Source: Escherichia phage LotteLoewe_Bas71
Sequence record: PQ850615.1
DNA length: 42,712 nt
Strand: one strand, 5' to 3'
The notes under the pieces are model-generated. The model was not told the origin of the DNA and did no database searches. It was given only the letters and a program-made list of their open reading frames with translations. The position numbers and the translations under genes are program-made. The stretch's first letter is position 1, and every line of letters begins with the position of its first letter. This document shows, one piece after another, positions 27,190 through 35,865 of the stretch.

Positions 27190-29359
27190 AACGCTTCATC
27201 TCCGCACCTTCCGCTACAAGAGGGAACCCCTCCGCCCACTCCGGTAATTCGCACATCAACCGCTCAAGCTCTGCAACATTGTATTCTGGCGTATCTGGTG
27301 TTTCGCAGATAATTTCGTCGTGTACGTGAAGCACAATAGGATAGCCGTTTGCTTCAACGTTCAGCAGTGCATTGGCCAGCAAATCACGGCACAGCGCCTG
27401 AGTACAGTTTTCCACGAGTTTACCAGAGTAGGTGTACTGGAAGCCCCACTGACGGGTTAACTGGTTCTCCCCCTGGTACTTGATGCGTACGTTAGTAGAC
27501 ACTTTTCCATCTTCGTCTGTTTCTTTCGACACGCTTAACCCGACGCCCGGATAAGACATAACGCGACCCGACGGCAACGTCATGCGCAACCACCAGCCGG
27601 CGACTTTGTTGCCGTTGTTGTCTGTCTCTACGTTGCGCGAAAACTTAACCCCCCTAGGCCCCGCGGTGAACTCTTTACCTGGATTGCGGATAGCGGCCAT
27701 AGCTGCGTCTTCAATATCTCGCCAGAAAGCTACTGTTTCAGGGTGTGACTCTCGCCACATACGCTTGATAGCGTCACAGGTACGCCACACTTTCTTATCA
27801 AGAATATACGATGGTCGGTCATCCTTCTCCCCGGGTCGCGGCGGTCGCTTGGCTTCCTGAATACGTGCCCATTCATAGCCGCGTGCAGTAGCCGCCCAGA
27901 TGTGGTCCGGGAAAGTACCGTCCATTGTTTTTGACATATCAACAAGGTCAAGTCCGAGGTTCTTAGCAAACTGAACGAAAGCGCCAACACCACCAGCGTA
28001 GCCGAGGCCAAGCTCGCAGGCTTTACCAATCTGGCGCAAGTCTTTGCGTTCCTTCTTAATGTAATCCGGCTCCATGCCGAACATCTTACCCGCGGTTACA
28101 CAGTAAATGTCCAGCCCGGCGCGGAACGTATCTAGCGCGGTTTCTTCGCCTGCCAGCCACGCAAGCCCCCGACCTTCAACGTTAGAGTAATCGGCGACGA
28201 CAAACTTTTTTCCAGCTTCCGGGATAATGCAGCTACGCACCGTCGATGCCGTTAGCTTAGCGACATCGAAACGGCGATGCGCGCGGCCCTTAAGTAACGC
28301 TGAAATACCTTTATCCAGTTCATCATCGTGATAGTACCCGCGCGCGAGGTTCTGCGGCTGAAATCCTTTACCGGCAAATCGTAATGTACGCTTGGCTCCG
28401 CCGTACTGAATGCAACCACGACGGCGGTCGTCCGACGAGCGCCCTAACAGCAGCGGGTTATATTTCGTTGACGCTGTGGACGCGGCCCCGAGGCGCATTT
28501 CGATAATCGTGCGTGCGTCGTCCGGTAAATCATCATCCGCCAACAGGTCGTTAAGCGTAGACTTCTGCGCGTTGTGGATGCGGTGCGCTGGTGCAAGTTC
28601 ACGCAGAATCGGCAGGAAGTCTTTACCAGTAAGCGAGCCGCCGTATTTGCGCTGTGCTTCTTCCTGTAGCTGGGCCTTGTGTTTTTCCACGGCTTCAATC
28701 GCGGCTTCCGCCAGCGTCACATCAACCTTAAACCCACGGTCGTTAATCAACTGGTCCAGTTCCAGTACACGGTCTTCGAACTCGGAGTTACCCCAACGCG
28801 GCAGCTTATGGAAGACTTCACGCATCGCAGTGATGTCGCTCACGGCGTACCTGATGAACATCGCCCACTCGTCAGGGTGAGTTTCTGCGGTGTAGCGGCG
28901 GATTTTGTAGTTCTTCGGCGTCGGTTTAGAGAAACGCTTAATCAGAGCCTTGCCGCGTTTATCTTTCGCGTTGTCTGCAGACACGCCCAGCACTTCGCAC
29001 AGCGCATCAAGTGAACCCGGCAGCGCGTGACGAAACGCCCAAATCATCGTATCAATGGTGTTGCTTACGGGAATATCAAAGCCCCAGCAGTGTTTCATGA
29101 TGAGCCTGTCGAACATTGAGCCGTTGTGCCACACCATCTTAATACGACTGTTCGGCTTAACCAGGCGGCGCAGTGCGCGGTGCAAATCACCCGGCATGTC
29201 GCTGCCGTCGGTGCAATCCCATACCCGCACAGGCTCGTCGTCAAAAGCATATGTGCAGATAAGCACTTCGGTAGTCGGGTGTTCGGCGTAAGCGTAGGAG
29301 CCGACTTTCTTTAAATCGGCTTCGGAGAATGTTTCAAAGTCCAGGTATAAGTAGCTCAT
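27179..29359 (-). CDS. DNA polymerase, family A, with 3'-5' exonuclease domain
   Basis: Exo motif (YLYLDFETFS), pol motif A (DYSNVEGRGLAWLAGE), motif B (RQIGKACELGLGYAGG), motif C (LHVHDEI); start refined to ATG 29359 with AAGGA SD. Confidence 0.85.
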   Translation of the reverse strand: MSYLYLDFETFSEADLKKVGSYAYAEHPTTEVLICTYAFDDEPVRVWDCTDGSDMPGDLHRALRRLVKPNSRIKMVWHNGSMFDRLIMKHCWGFDIPVSNTIDTMIWAFRHALPGSLDALCEVLGVSADNAKDKRGKALIKRFSKPTPKNYKIRRYTAETHPDEWAMFIRYAVSDITAMREVFHKLPRWGNSEFEDRVLELDQLINDRGFKVDVTLAEAAIEAVEKHKAQLQEEAQRKYGGSLTGKDFLPILRELAPAHRIHNAQKSTLNDLLADDDLPDDARTIIEMRLGAASTASTKYNPLLLGRSSDDRRRGCIQYGGAKRTLRFAGKGFQPQNLARGYYHDDELDKGISALLKGRAHRRFDVAKLTASTVRSCIIPEAGKKFVVADYSNVEGRGLAWLAGEETALDTFRAGLDIYCVTAGKMFGMEPDYIKKERKDLRQIGKACELGLGYAGGVGAFVQFAKNLGLDLVDMSKTMDGTFPDHIWAATARGYEWARIQEAKRPPRPGEKDDRPSYILDKKVWRTCDAIKRMWRESHPETVAFWRDIEDAAMAAIRNPGKEFTAGPRGVKFSRNVETDNNGNKVAGWWLRMTLPSGRVMSYPGVGLSVSKETDEDGKVSTNVRIKYQGENQLTRQWGFQYTYSGKLVENCTQALCRDLLANALLNVEANGYPIVLHVHDEIICETPDTPEYNVAELERLMCELPEWAEGFPLVAEGAEMKRYAK

Positions 29360-29511
29360 TTCTTTTTCCTTAAATCCAGTGCCTTCGTTTCGCTGAGTCT
29401 TATTTTCATACAATCACGGCAAATCCACACATGCCTGTACCCGGCGCGGTACTCATCCGCGTACCACGGAAGCGGTTTCATATATCGGTATACGTGCTTA
29501 CAGAAAAACAT
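29356..29511 (-). CDS. hypothetical 51-aa Cys/His-containing protein
   Basis: Small ORF whose stop overlaps the polymerase ATG (ATGA); C-x3-H ... C-x2-C pattern. Confidence 0.3.
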   Translation of the reverse strand: MFFCKHVYRYMKPLPWYADEYRAGYRHVWICRDCMKIRLSETKALDLRKKK

Positions 29512-29526
29512 GATTTTCGACCCTTA

Positions 29527-29551
29527 GTAAAAAGGCCCAATGAAGGGCCTT
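29527..29551 (-). terminator. intrinsic terminator after SSB-like gene
   Basis: On the minus strand AAGGCCC-TTCATT-GGGCCTT followed by TTTTTAC. Confidence 0.5.
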
Positions 29552-29570
29552 AGTTAAATTGATTCAGATA

Positions 29571-30197
29571 TTAACGGCGGCGACGTTCGCGGCGCGGTGC
29601 TTCATCTTCTTCGTCGTCTTCCAGGTCATTGACGCTCGCAGCGACTTTAGAACCGCCGAACGCTTTGCCTTCGCCAACGTATTTAATCGCCAGCAGGTTA
29701 ACGCCGAGGACTTTGTATTTCTGGCTGAACCAGATTTCAACGCTTACGTTAGCTAAGCATCCGCTGTAAACCTGTTCACCTTCAATCTGTTCACCGTCTA
29801 CATTGAAGTCCTGTTCTACCTGAGTCTCACCTTTTTTAGAGGTTACAATCAGCGGCTGCTTCTGTGCCTTCGCTTTGAAGTAGAAGCCTTCCGGGAAGTC
29901 TTCAAACGGATTGTCGCGCTCGGCGATGTCCTTAATCGCGCATTTATCCATGTGCTTGCCTTCGCCGTAGTTTGACTTCATCCATTTCTCTGCGGCGGCT
30001 GCACCCAACGCTTCTTCAACCACAGCGTAAACGGTGTCGTAGAGCGCGTCGATTTGCGCGTGGTCGGACGGCAGGATAATAGTCGCGCTGTACTGACCTT
30101 TAGTGATTGAACCATCATCATTTTCACGGTCTTTTTCGCGTTCGAATACGTTAACCCAGGCAGTGTTTACTTTACGCAGATTTAATTTCAGTCCCAT
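29571..30197 (-). CDS. ssDNA-binding protein (T7 gp2.5-like)
   Basis: Acidic C-terminal tail (DLEDDEEDE), AFGGSK motif and overall pattern reminiscent of gp2.5-type SSB; own promoter and terminator. Confidence 0.45.
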   Translation of the reverse strand: MGLKLNLRKVNTAWVNVFEREKDRENDDGSITKGQYSATIILPSDHAQIDALYDTVYAVVEEALGAAAAEKWMKSNYGEGKHMDKCAIKDIAERDNPFEDFPEGFYFKAKAQKQPLIVTSKKGETQVEQDFNVDGEQIEGEQVYSGCLANVSVEIWFSQKYKVLGVNLLAIKYVGEGKAFGGSKVAASVNDLEDDEEDEAPRRERRRR

Positions 30198-30255
30198 TTG
30201 ATTTCTCGCTTTTCAGTTTCAGTTTACTCCGGGATCTGCCCGGCCAGTGATTAGA

Positions 30256-30284
30256 ACTATAATAGCTAACTATTCATGTGTCAA
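30256..30284 (-). promoter_or_regulatory. leftward class B promoter (TTGACA-N17-TATAGT) for SSB-like gene
   Basis: Minus strand TTGACA (30279..30284) - N17 - TATAGT (30256..30261); core AATAGCTAACTATTCA. Confidence 0.55.
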
Positions 30285-30503
30285 ATAAAATTTTGCAATA
30301 GGGATTATGTTCTCGAAATTAAGCATATTGGCCGGTTCGAACTCATCCTCTACAGGGTCGTATCGCATCATGGTACCGTTCAAGAACGTGAACGATTCCG
30401 AGTGTAGATACCCATCCCAGCGCCATACCATCAAAAAATCTTTATCAGTCGGCATTTCATTTACTTGAATCATTCTAAATCCTCCTCTGTAACTTGATTC
30501 CAC
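30270..30503 (-). CDS. hypothetical 77-aa protein
   Basis: ORF in the replication arm; 3' end overlaps promoter 30256..30284. Confidence 0.4.
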   Translation of the reverse strand: MESSYRGGFRMIQVNEMPTDKDFLMVWRWDGYLHSESFTFLNGTMMRYDPVEDEFEPANMLNFENIIPIAKFYLTHE

Positions 30504-31711
30504 TCAGGACGTTTGTCATCCGCCGTTGCGACGCATGGCGCACCGGGCTTACGGGTAATGAAGTCTTTCAGTTCTTCTTCCGGTACAATTTTAACCGCTT
30601 CGGTCGGTGTCATAAGAACTACCTTTTGCAGCATAGTACCGTACTTCTCGAATACTGCGTCGGTATCTTTCCACGCACGATTACCGGGGCGACCTTCAAC
30701 CAGTTTGTATCCTGGCACTTTCTTACCTGAATGCAAAGCAGCAGCCATCGCTTTCTCAACCTTGTCAATGTGCTGGCGCAACAAAGGCAACTTCTCATAT
30801 TCAGCTACGAGTTGCTCCGGCGTAAGTTCCAGCGCAAAGTCGTCCTCCAGTTCTTCGGCAAGTACAGAATTAACAGTCTTTGTACGCGCTGCGCACTGTT
30901 CAGAGAACCGACACCACTGACAACCGTCGACAGACGGCTTAAAGTCCGACGCTTTCAGGTTCTTCTTGCCTCGGAAATACGCATCAAGGGCTAACAGTGC
31001 GCGTTTCTGTGCGAACTTAGCGAACAGTTCCAGACCTTCAACCGAGATGTCCCACTCCGACGCGCCCCCGGCGTACGGCTGGAAGATTACCAGGCGCACT
31101 ACTGAGATGTTATAACGTCTCTTGAGTCGGCGGTAAACACCGAGAGCGTAGAGCATAAGCTGCTTGTTTTCTTTCGCTTCGACATGATGCCGTCCTGTTT
31201 TCAGGTCGCCGATAATGAGCATATGCTCGTCAGTGTTCGCCAGTTCCTGAACGGCAACGAGGTCGGCGGTTCCGAATGTCTCTACGCCTTCATATCCCGG
31301 ATGCAGAACCTCAGTAAGATTTACGCGCATCTCCAGCTTCGCGTAAGTCGCCACGTCGATAATCGCTTTGCAGTAATCGGTGTACTTTGTACACTGGTCA
31401 ATCATGTCCGCCGTAATCAGTACCGCGCCTTTCATCGGACTGATTAGCGCCTTAATCGGGCCTTTACCTTCGTCCAGTACGTACGCGCCTACTTCACGTG
31501 CTAGCGGCAACGCAGTGCCTTTGATGTACTGATTCAGGTGAATCTCAGATATCGTGTGCATAGCCGTGCCTAATACAGCGGCTTTGCCTGACGTGTTCGG
31601 GATGTCTTTTTCACATGCCAGCGACGCACTGCACGCCAACCATTTCTTAGCACCTGACGGTGACAGTAAGGCGTGTACATCGTTATTGCCCCCGCGTTCT
31701 TTCAAAATCAT
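30470..31711 (-). CDS. PD-(D/E)XK nuclease, Cas4/RecB-like exonuclease
   Basis: RecB nuclease motifs (GTADLVAV, IGDLKTG, EAKENKQLMLYA) and C-terminal Cys cluster (CQWCRFSEQC); start refined to ATG 31711 with GGGAGG SD. Confidence 0.6.
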   Translation of the reverse strand: MILKERGGNNDVHALLSPSGAKKWLACSASLACEKDIPNTSGKAAVLGTAMHTISEIHLNQYIKGTALPLAREVGAYVLDEGKGPIKALISPMKGAVLITADMIDQCTKYTDYCKAIIDVATYAKLEMRVNLTEVLHPGYEGVETFGTADLVAVQELANTDEHMLIIGDLKTGRHHVEAKENKQLMLYALGVYRRLKRRYNISVVRLVIFQPYAGGASEWDISVEGLELFAKFAQKRALLALDAYFRGKKNLKASDFKPSVDGCQWCRFSEQCAARTKTVNSVLAEELEDDFALELTPEQLVAEYEKLPLLRQHIDKVEKAMAAALHSGKKVPGYKLVEGRPGNRAWKDTDAVFEKYGTMLQKVVLMTPTEAVKIVPEEELKDFITRKPGAPCVATADDKRPEWNQVTEEDLE

Positions 31712-31980
31712 ACCCTGACCTCCCACTGGTCAATTAAATGCCGAGTTTTGTGCTGGCAATGCATCGCCCAGCTATACATAGACTCGAAGACATAAAAGTC
31801 ACTTTTAACGAAAGTCGTACGCTTAATCTGCGACAGGTGACGGCCTATATCTTTAGGCCGTGGTACTTTTCCTAAGTACGCCATCTCTTCCATCTGGTGC
31901 GCGCCGGACGGCGCACGCAACAGCCACAACGCCTCTGTGTTATCCCGTCGGTCAATACCTCGGTAGAGTTGGTAAATCAT
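31708..31980 (-). CDS. hypothetical 90-aa protein
   Basis: ORF ATGA-coupled to the nuclease gene. Confidence 0.4.
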   Translation of the reverse strand: MIYQLYRGIDRRDNTEALWLLRAPSGAHQMEEMAYLGKVPRPKDIGRHLSQIKRTTFVKSDFYVFESMYSWAMHCQHKTRHLIDQWEVRV

Positions 31981-32023
31981 ATTACGACCCTCTGTTAAAG
32001 CGGCCCGGAGGCCGCCAGATAAA

Positions 32024-32524
32024 TTATTCTTCTTCGAAATACTTGTTCTTAATCGCCGTCAGGCGTTTCAGGTATTCAGCTAGGTCTTCGTCTTTAATCG
32101 CGGCAATCTTCATTTTCTTACCGGTGAACTCCTCCAGCAGTTCATCGGAATCGTCGCACGCAGCATCGCTAGGACCTTCGTTAATTGCATCGTCGATAGC
32201 CTGAATCTGGTCACGAAGAGACTGGTAATCGACCTCTTCTTTCTCTTCTTCTGGTTCTGGAGTCGGCTCCTCTACTTTAGCTTTACGCGGCTTGCGTTTC
32301 GGCTTCTCTTCTTCTGCTGGTTTAGCGTCAACGATGTCTTCACCTTCAACAGGGATTTCTTTTGTTGCTTCTTTTTCGCACTCAGCTACCGCTTCTTTGG
32401 TATACACTACCGTCTCTACTTCTAACGGCGCTGCAACTTGTGCTGACTGCTTCGCACTGTTCGCAGCAATCAGTTCATGTGCAACTACGAAACGTTCCAG
32501 TAATTTTAAGAATTGTTCTAACAT
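32024..32524 (-). CDS. highly acidic early protein (candidate DNA mimic / anti-restriction)
   Basis: 166 aa, very D/E-rich with one basic patch (KPKRKPRKAK); first gene after tandem leftward promoters; conserved leader CGAGAGGAGAGA. Confidence 0.5.
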   Translation of the reverse strand: MLEQFLKLLERFVVAHELIAANSAKQSAQVAAPLEVETVVYTKEAVAECEKEATKEIPVEGEDIVDAKPAEEEKPKRKPRKAKVEEPTPEPEEEKEEVDYQSLRDQIQAIDDAINEGPSDAACDDSDELLEEFTGKKMKIAAIKDEDLAEYLKRLTAIKNKYFEEE

Positions 32525-32555
32525 TTGTTTCTCTCCTCTCGTTTGGTATGGGCTA

Positions 32556-32584
32556 ACTATAATAGCGAACTATTCACATGTCAA
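32556..32584 (-). promoter_or_regulatory. leftward class B promoter (TTGACA-N17-TATAGT) for acidic early gene
   Basis: Minus strand TTGACA (32579..32584) - N17 - TATAGT (32556..32561); core AATAGCGAACTATTCA. Confidence 0.6.
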
Positions 32585-32599
32585 TGGGCTTTTCTAAAA

Positions 32600-32628
32600 T
32601 AATTAATATGGTACTATTCACATATCAA
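32600..32628 (-). promoter_or_regulatory. second, weaker tandem leftward promoter / operator half-site
   Basis: Minus strand TTGATA (32623..32628) - N17 - TAATTA; contains half-site GTACTATTCACAT. Confidence 0.35.
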
Positions 32629-32648
32629 CTGACTAAGGAGTAATTGAC

Positions 32649-32864
32649 ATGCAACCATCTGAACTAGGCATCCGTGTAGAACAACGCCGCAAAGAACTCG
32701 GCATCTCCCAGCGCCGTTTGGCGGCCCTGACCGGCGTTTCCCAGGGCGCGATTAACCAACTGGCACTTGGAGTAACTCAGGACGTCCGCCCGGCAACGCT
32801 GTTCAAACTGGCGGAAGTTCTGGAAGTAGACGCCAAGTGGCTGGCGTTAGGTGAAGGGGCTTAA
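32649..32864 (+). CDS. XRE-family helix-turn-helix transcriptional regulator (Cro/CI-like)
   Basis: HTH signature (ISQRRLAALTGVSQGAINQLALG); AAGGAG SD; own terminator; oriented against the surrounding leftward genes. Confidence 0.7.
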   Translation: MQPSELGIRVEQRRKELGISQRRLAALTGVSQGAINQLALGVTQDVRPATLFKLAEVLEVDAKWLALGEGA

Positions 32865-32879
32865 AGCCCCTTTCTTTTT
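32856..32879 (+). terminator. intrinsic terminator after XRE HTH gene
   Basis: GGGGC-TTAAA-GCCCC hairpin followed by TTTCTTTTT; stop codon lies within the hairpin. Confidence 0.6.
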
Positions 32880-32881
32880 AC

Positions 32882-35104
32882 CTATTCCAAATCCTCCTCT
32901 GTCACCACCAGCATCTCATTTGGTTCGTATAGTGTCTTCGGCCTTAATCTATCCCCTATTCTTTCGGGTATACGATATGTTCTCGGTACTACTTCGCCGT
33001 TAGCATCGCAACCAAGCATTAGTTCTCCATCTTTCAACATTTTATCAAGATGGGTGTTAGTCACAGAGAAGTCACCGGAACGAGCCACTATCTGCTGCTG
33101 AGTAAAACCGCGACCTGTGTCATCTGACTGTTGCAGGTCTTCCAGTGCCGAAAGTATTGACTCCTTCCTTACTTCATCCCTGCCGCGTTTAACTTCTTCC
33201 TTTACTTTTTGCTTACCTTCTTTCGTCAACCCTTCTTCCCGCTCTTTCTCCTCGTCAGTTTTGAACGGCTCGAAACCCCACGGCATCAACACAAGCGCCT
33301 TGTGTGGTTCAGGAAGGTCCAGGTTTACGATTGTGCCGTATTCTTCTGTGCCCCCCAGGAACTCAACCGCACGGTACTCTTTCGGCGGAGGAGCTTCGCG
33401 GAACTGCACAGACTCCAGCACCATGCCAACCGTTTTCTGTTGAGGACCGTGCTTAAATTTCGAGTGGTATACGTTTATTTGACGGTCGGTTGCACGTTCG
33501 ATTGTCAGTTCCACGTCAACACCCGCATACAGCGCCCCACTGCCGCGTGCTTTCTTTCCACCCTTCGGCGTATGGTGGACAACGCCTACTGCGGCTTTAG
33601 TTGCATCGCGTACTTCTTTCAGAATGGCGATAACTTTACCCATGCCGATTGCTGTTGATGAACTGTTCTCGTCGAACTTATCAATCGTCAGTGCCAGGGT
33701 CTGGTTAAGGGTGTCGAACGCAACCATGCCAATTGGCTCGTCGCCAGCAGTTTCGCGCATTAACTTAATCAGGCTTTTAAGTTTGCCGACTTCGCCCATA
33801 TCGATGACGTGTACATAATCTTTACCTTCCCCGCCATATTTAGCCGCTAGTGCATCAATACGGGTGCGTGTAGCTGCGCCACCCTCACCATCAATATAGA
33901 AATGGTGGCAACGCTGGGTATCCGCCCCCGCAAACCTGTACCCGGCGGCGCTGAGGTACATCATCCCCAGCGTATAGAACGATTTGTACGTGCCAGATTC
34001 CCCGACGATATCCCAGATACAATCCGACGGCATGTACCCCTCAACGACGAAATCAGCCTTTACCGGCTCCGGTAACTCGTCCTCCTCTGAGTCCTCGTCG
34101 TCTTCCAGGTCGTCGAGGCTGCAAGTTACTGGGTCCTCGTTCTCTGTGCGGTGTAGTTCTTCAATCTCTTCTTCCGGTAAATCAGGCAGAGCCGCACGAA
34201 TGCTGTTAATGCTGATAGGTTGCTTATCTATGTTAAGCTCGTCGGGTAGGCCACACATACGCAGGGCCAAATGCTGCCTACGGTTAAGCTCGGTGCAAGC
34301 GCCGTTGTTTGTATGCTGGCAGACAAAGCGCACTTCTTTACCGTCGAGCATTATGCTGGTGGAGCCCTTGCCTGTATGCAGATGTTCGTTAGGGCATGGC
34401 ACTTCGTACCCGCGCCCGGAAGATAAAGCGTCAAGGCCAAGCTCGGCTTCGCAGAAGTGTGCTATATCCGCGTTAAGCCCATGCTCATCAGCGGCAAGTG
34501 TTTTAGCCTCACGCTTACGCAACCCCATCTCTTCGGCTTTCTTGATGTACCGCTCAGCACGGATAACACGCCCTTCTGTAACCGTTATCTTCGACTCTTT
34601 ATGCGGCAGGTAGATAAGGCGGTTGCCGTCTTCTGTGCAGTGGTCGCGCAACGCTTCGTCTATTTCTAACTCTGCACAAATAGCACGTTGCACCATCCAC
34701 GCGTCGTTAGAGTTAAACGGCGTGCGAGCTGGAACCAGAACGCGGAAAGCGTAATCTCCGTTTTTACACACATGCTGATGCGATGCCGTTGTATGCAGAA
34801 TATTGAAGAACGGTGCGTTCTTGAATTTGCGGGTAAGGTCGCGGTACTGAGTACGGTTGAGATGGTCGAAATCGAACTTAACCACACTGTCTTCCAGGAT
34901 AGCGTTTTTACGGCGACCACCAACAGGCGCAATAGCTTTCTGTTTAATCTTGGCAGCGTCGTACTCTTCCTTAGTCCATGACGGGTCCACGGATAAACGC
35001 TTCGATGTATCGCAGACATACTCCACAAACTGCTCGAGCGGCATCTCACGCGCTACAGGGTTTTTATCGAATGTGTTACGCAGCGTTGCAAAAACAATAT
35101 TCAT
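32882..35104 (-). CDS. DNA primase-helicase (primase N-terminal region + RecA/DnaB-like ATPase)
   Basis: 740 aa; Walker A-like GESGTYKS; C-terminal helicase motifs (VVHHTPKGG ... GSGALYAGVD); N-terminal Cys/His cluster (CPNEHLHTG ... FVCQH). Confidence 0.65.
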   Translation of the reverse strand: MNIVFATLRNTFDKNPVAREMPLEQFVEYVCDTSKRLSVDPSWTKEEYDAAKIKQKAIAPVGGRRKNAILEDSVVKFDFDHLNRTQYRDLTRKFKNAPFFNILHTTASHQHVCKNGDYAFRVLVPARTPFNSNDAWMVQRAICAELEIDEALRDHCTEDGNRLIYLPHKESKITVTEGRVIRAERYIKKAEEMGLRKREAKTLAADEHGLNADIAHFCEAELGLDALSSGRGYEVPCPNEHLHTGKGSTSIMLDGKEVRFVCQHTNNGACTELNRRQHLALRMCGLPDELNIDKQPISINSIRAALPDLPEEEIEELHRTENEDPVTCSLDDLEDDEDSEEDELPEPVKADFVVEGYMPSDCIWDIVGESGTYKSFYTLGMMYLSAAGYRFAGADTQRCHHFYIDGEGGAATRTRIDALAAKYGGEGKDYVHVIDMGEVGKLKSLIKLMRETAGDEPIGMVAFDTLNQTLALTIDKFDENSSSTAIGMGKVIAILKEVRDATKAAVGVVHHTPKGGKKARGSGALYAGVDVELTIERATDRQINVYHSKFKHGPQQKTVGMVLESVQFREAPPPKEYRAVEFLGGTEEYGTIVNLDLPEPHKALVLMPWGFEPFKTDEEKEREEGLTKEGKQKVKEEVKRGRDEVRKESILSALEDLQQSDDTGRGFTQQQIVARSGDFSVTNTHLDKMLKDGELMLGCDANGEVVPRTYRIPERIGDRLRPKTLYEPNEMLVVTEEDLE

Positions 35105-35229
35105 TTCTTTTTCTCCGCACGTTCTAAGGCTTCCTGCATACGGCGCATTGCGCGGTTCATCTTTACCGGTGCGAAGAAGTCAGCGCCGTGTTTCTGGCGG
35201 CGTAGCTGTGGAACTATTAACTTTGTCAT
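35101..35229 (-). CDS. hypothetical 42-aa basic protein
   Basis: Small ORF whose stop overlaps the primase-helicase ATG (ATGA). Confidence 0.3.
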   Translation of the reverse strand: MTKLIVPQLRRQKHGADFFAPVKMNRAMRRMQEALERAEKKK

Positions 35230-35269
35230 TGTATAATCCTTATGCTTACTTTGATGATTTGTACTTTAG

Positions 35270-35300
35270 CCCCGACGTTCTGGCGTTGGGGTTTCTTTTT
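35270..35300 (+). terminator. plus-strand intrinsic terminator inside the leftward arm (orphan)
   Basis: CCCCGACG-TTCTGG-CGTTGGGG stem followed by TTTCTTTTT; no plus-strand gene upstream. Confidence 0.4.
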
Positions 35301-35589
35301 ACCGTTTAGCCAACCCTTCCAGCAAATTTTTATACTCTTCAAAATATTCCTCGACCAAATCATCGCCGAAATAGAAGTCGATATACTCGAGATTATCTCT
35401 TACGTTAAGCGATGCCGACATGGTGCTTAGTTGGCGTAAGCTAATTAGCTTCATTTCTGTTTCTACGCAGAAAGGCCGGTAGGTATCAAGATGGCAAGAG
35501 ATATTGAAGCATAAAGCGAACTCTCCGGCCACGGAGTGAACCATATACACTTCGTTTTCTGCTTTATTGTGGAAAATTACGCCTTTCAT
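35299..35589 (-). CDS. hypothetical 96-aa protein
   Basis: ORF ATGA-coupled to the upstream AlpA-like gene. Confidence 0.4.
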   Translation of the reverse strand: MKGVIFHNKAENEVYMVHSVAGEFALCFNISCHLDTYRPFCVETEMKLISLRQLSTMSASLNVRDNLEYIDFYFGDDLVEEYFEEYKNLLEGLAKR

Positions 35590-35768
35590 TTCACGTTCTC
35601 CTTAATCCATGCTTCGACTTTATTACGGTCAAATGTTCCCGGTAAACGGCGGCCCATAACCTTAATACAGCAGTCAGGGAATTTGCCGCTGCGCAACCAG
35701 TTATTAATGGTCTGACGTGTCACCCCGATACGCTCGGCTACCTCATTCTGTGTCATGTAATGTTGCAT
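35586..35768 (-). CDS. AlpA/Xis-like HTH DNA-binding protein
   Basis: Start refined to ATG 35768 (AGGGGA SD); HTH region MTQNEVAERIGVTRQTINNWLRSGKFP typical of the AlpA family; first gene of the leftward arm. Confidence 0.6.
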   Translation of the reverse strand: MQHYMTQNEVAERIGVTRQTINNWLRSGKFPDCCIKVMGRRLPGTFDRNKVEAWIKENVK

Positions 35769-35799
35769 TTTTATATCCCCTGTTTGTTTAGTGAAACCG

Positions 35800-35828
35800 A
35801 GTATAGGATAGCGGGAATGTAAAAGCAA
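35800..35828 (-). promoter_or_regulatory. leftward promoter of replication arm (TTGCTT-N17-TATACT)
   Basis: Minus strand -35 TTGCTT (35823..35828), 17-nt spacer, -10 TATACT (35800..35805); about 30 nt upstream of AlpA-like ATG. Confidence 0.5.
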
Positions 35829-35865
35829 CCAATCCCTGCAATATTTAATCTTTACAAAAAAGTTA

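Noticed and set aside
32556-32628. Possible CRISPR-like array, because a ~20-bp motif recurs many times
   Set aside because: Copies are dispersed over 35 kb with no regular spacing, lie in both orientations, and each fits promoter -35/-10 geometry. No cas genes are present.
33117-34613. Several plus-strand ORFs (108-209 aa) within the primase-helicase gene
   Set aside because: Antisense to a gene with clear helicase motifs; Ser/Cys/Arg-rich composition and no SD.
32649-35768. Lysogeny module (XRE repressor plus AlpA/Xis-like protein)
   Set aside because: No integrase, recombinase, attP-like repeat or CI-length repressor anywhere in the window; the regulators are more consistent with lytic-cycle control.
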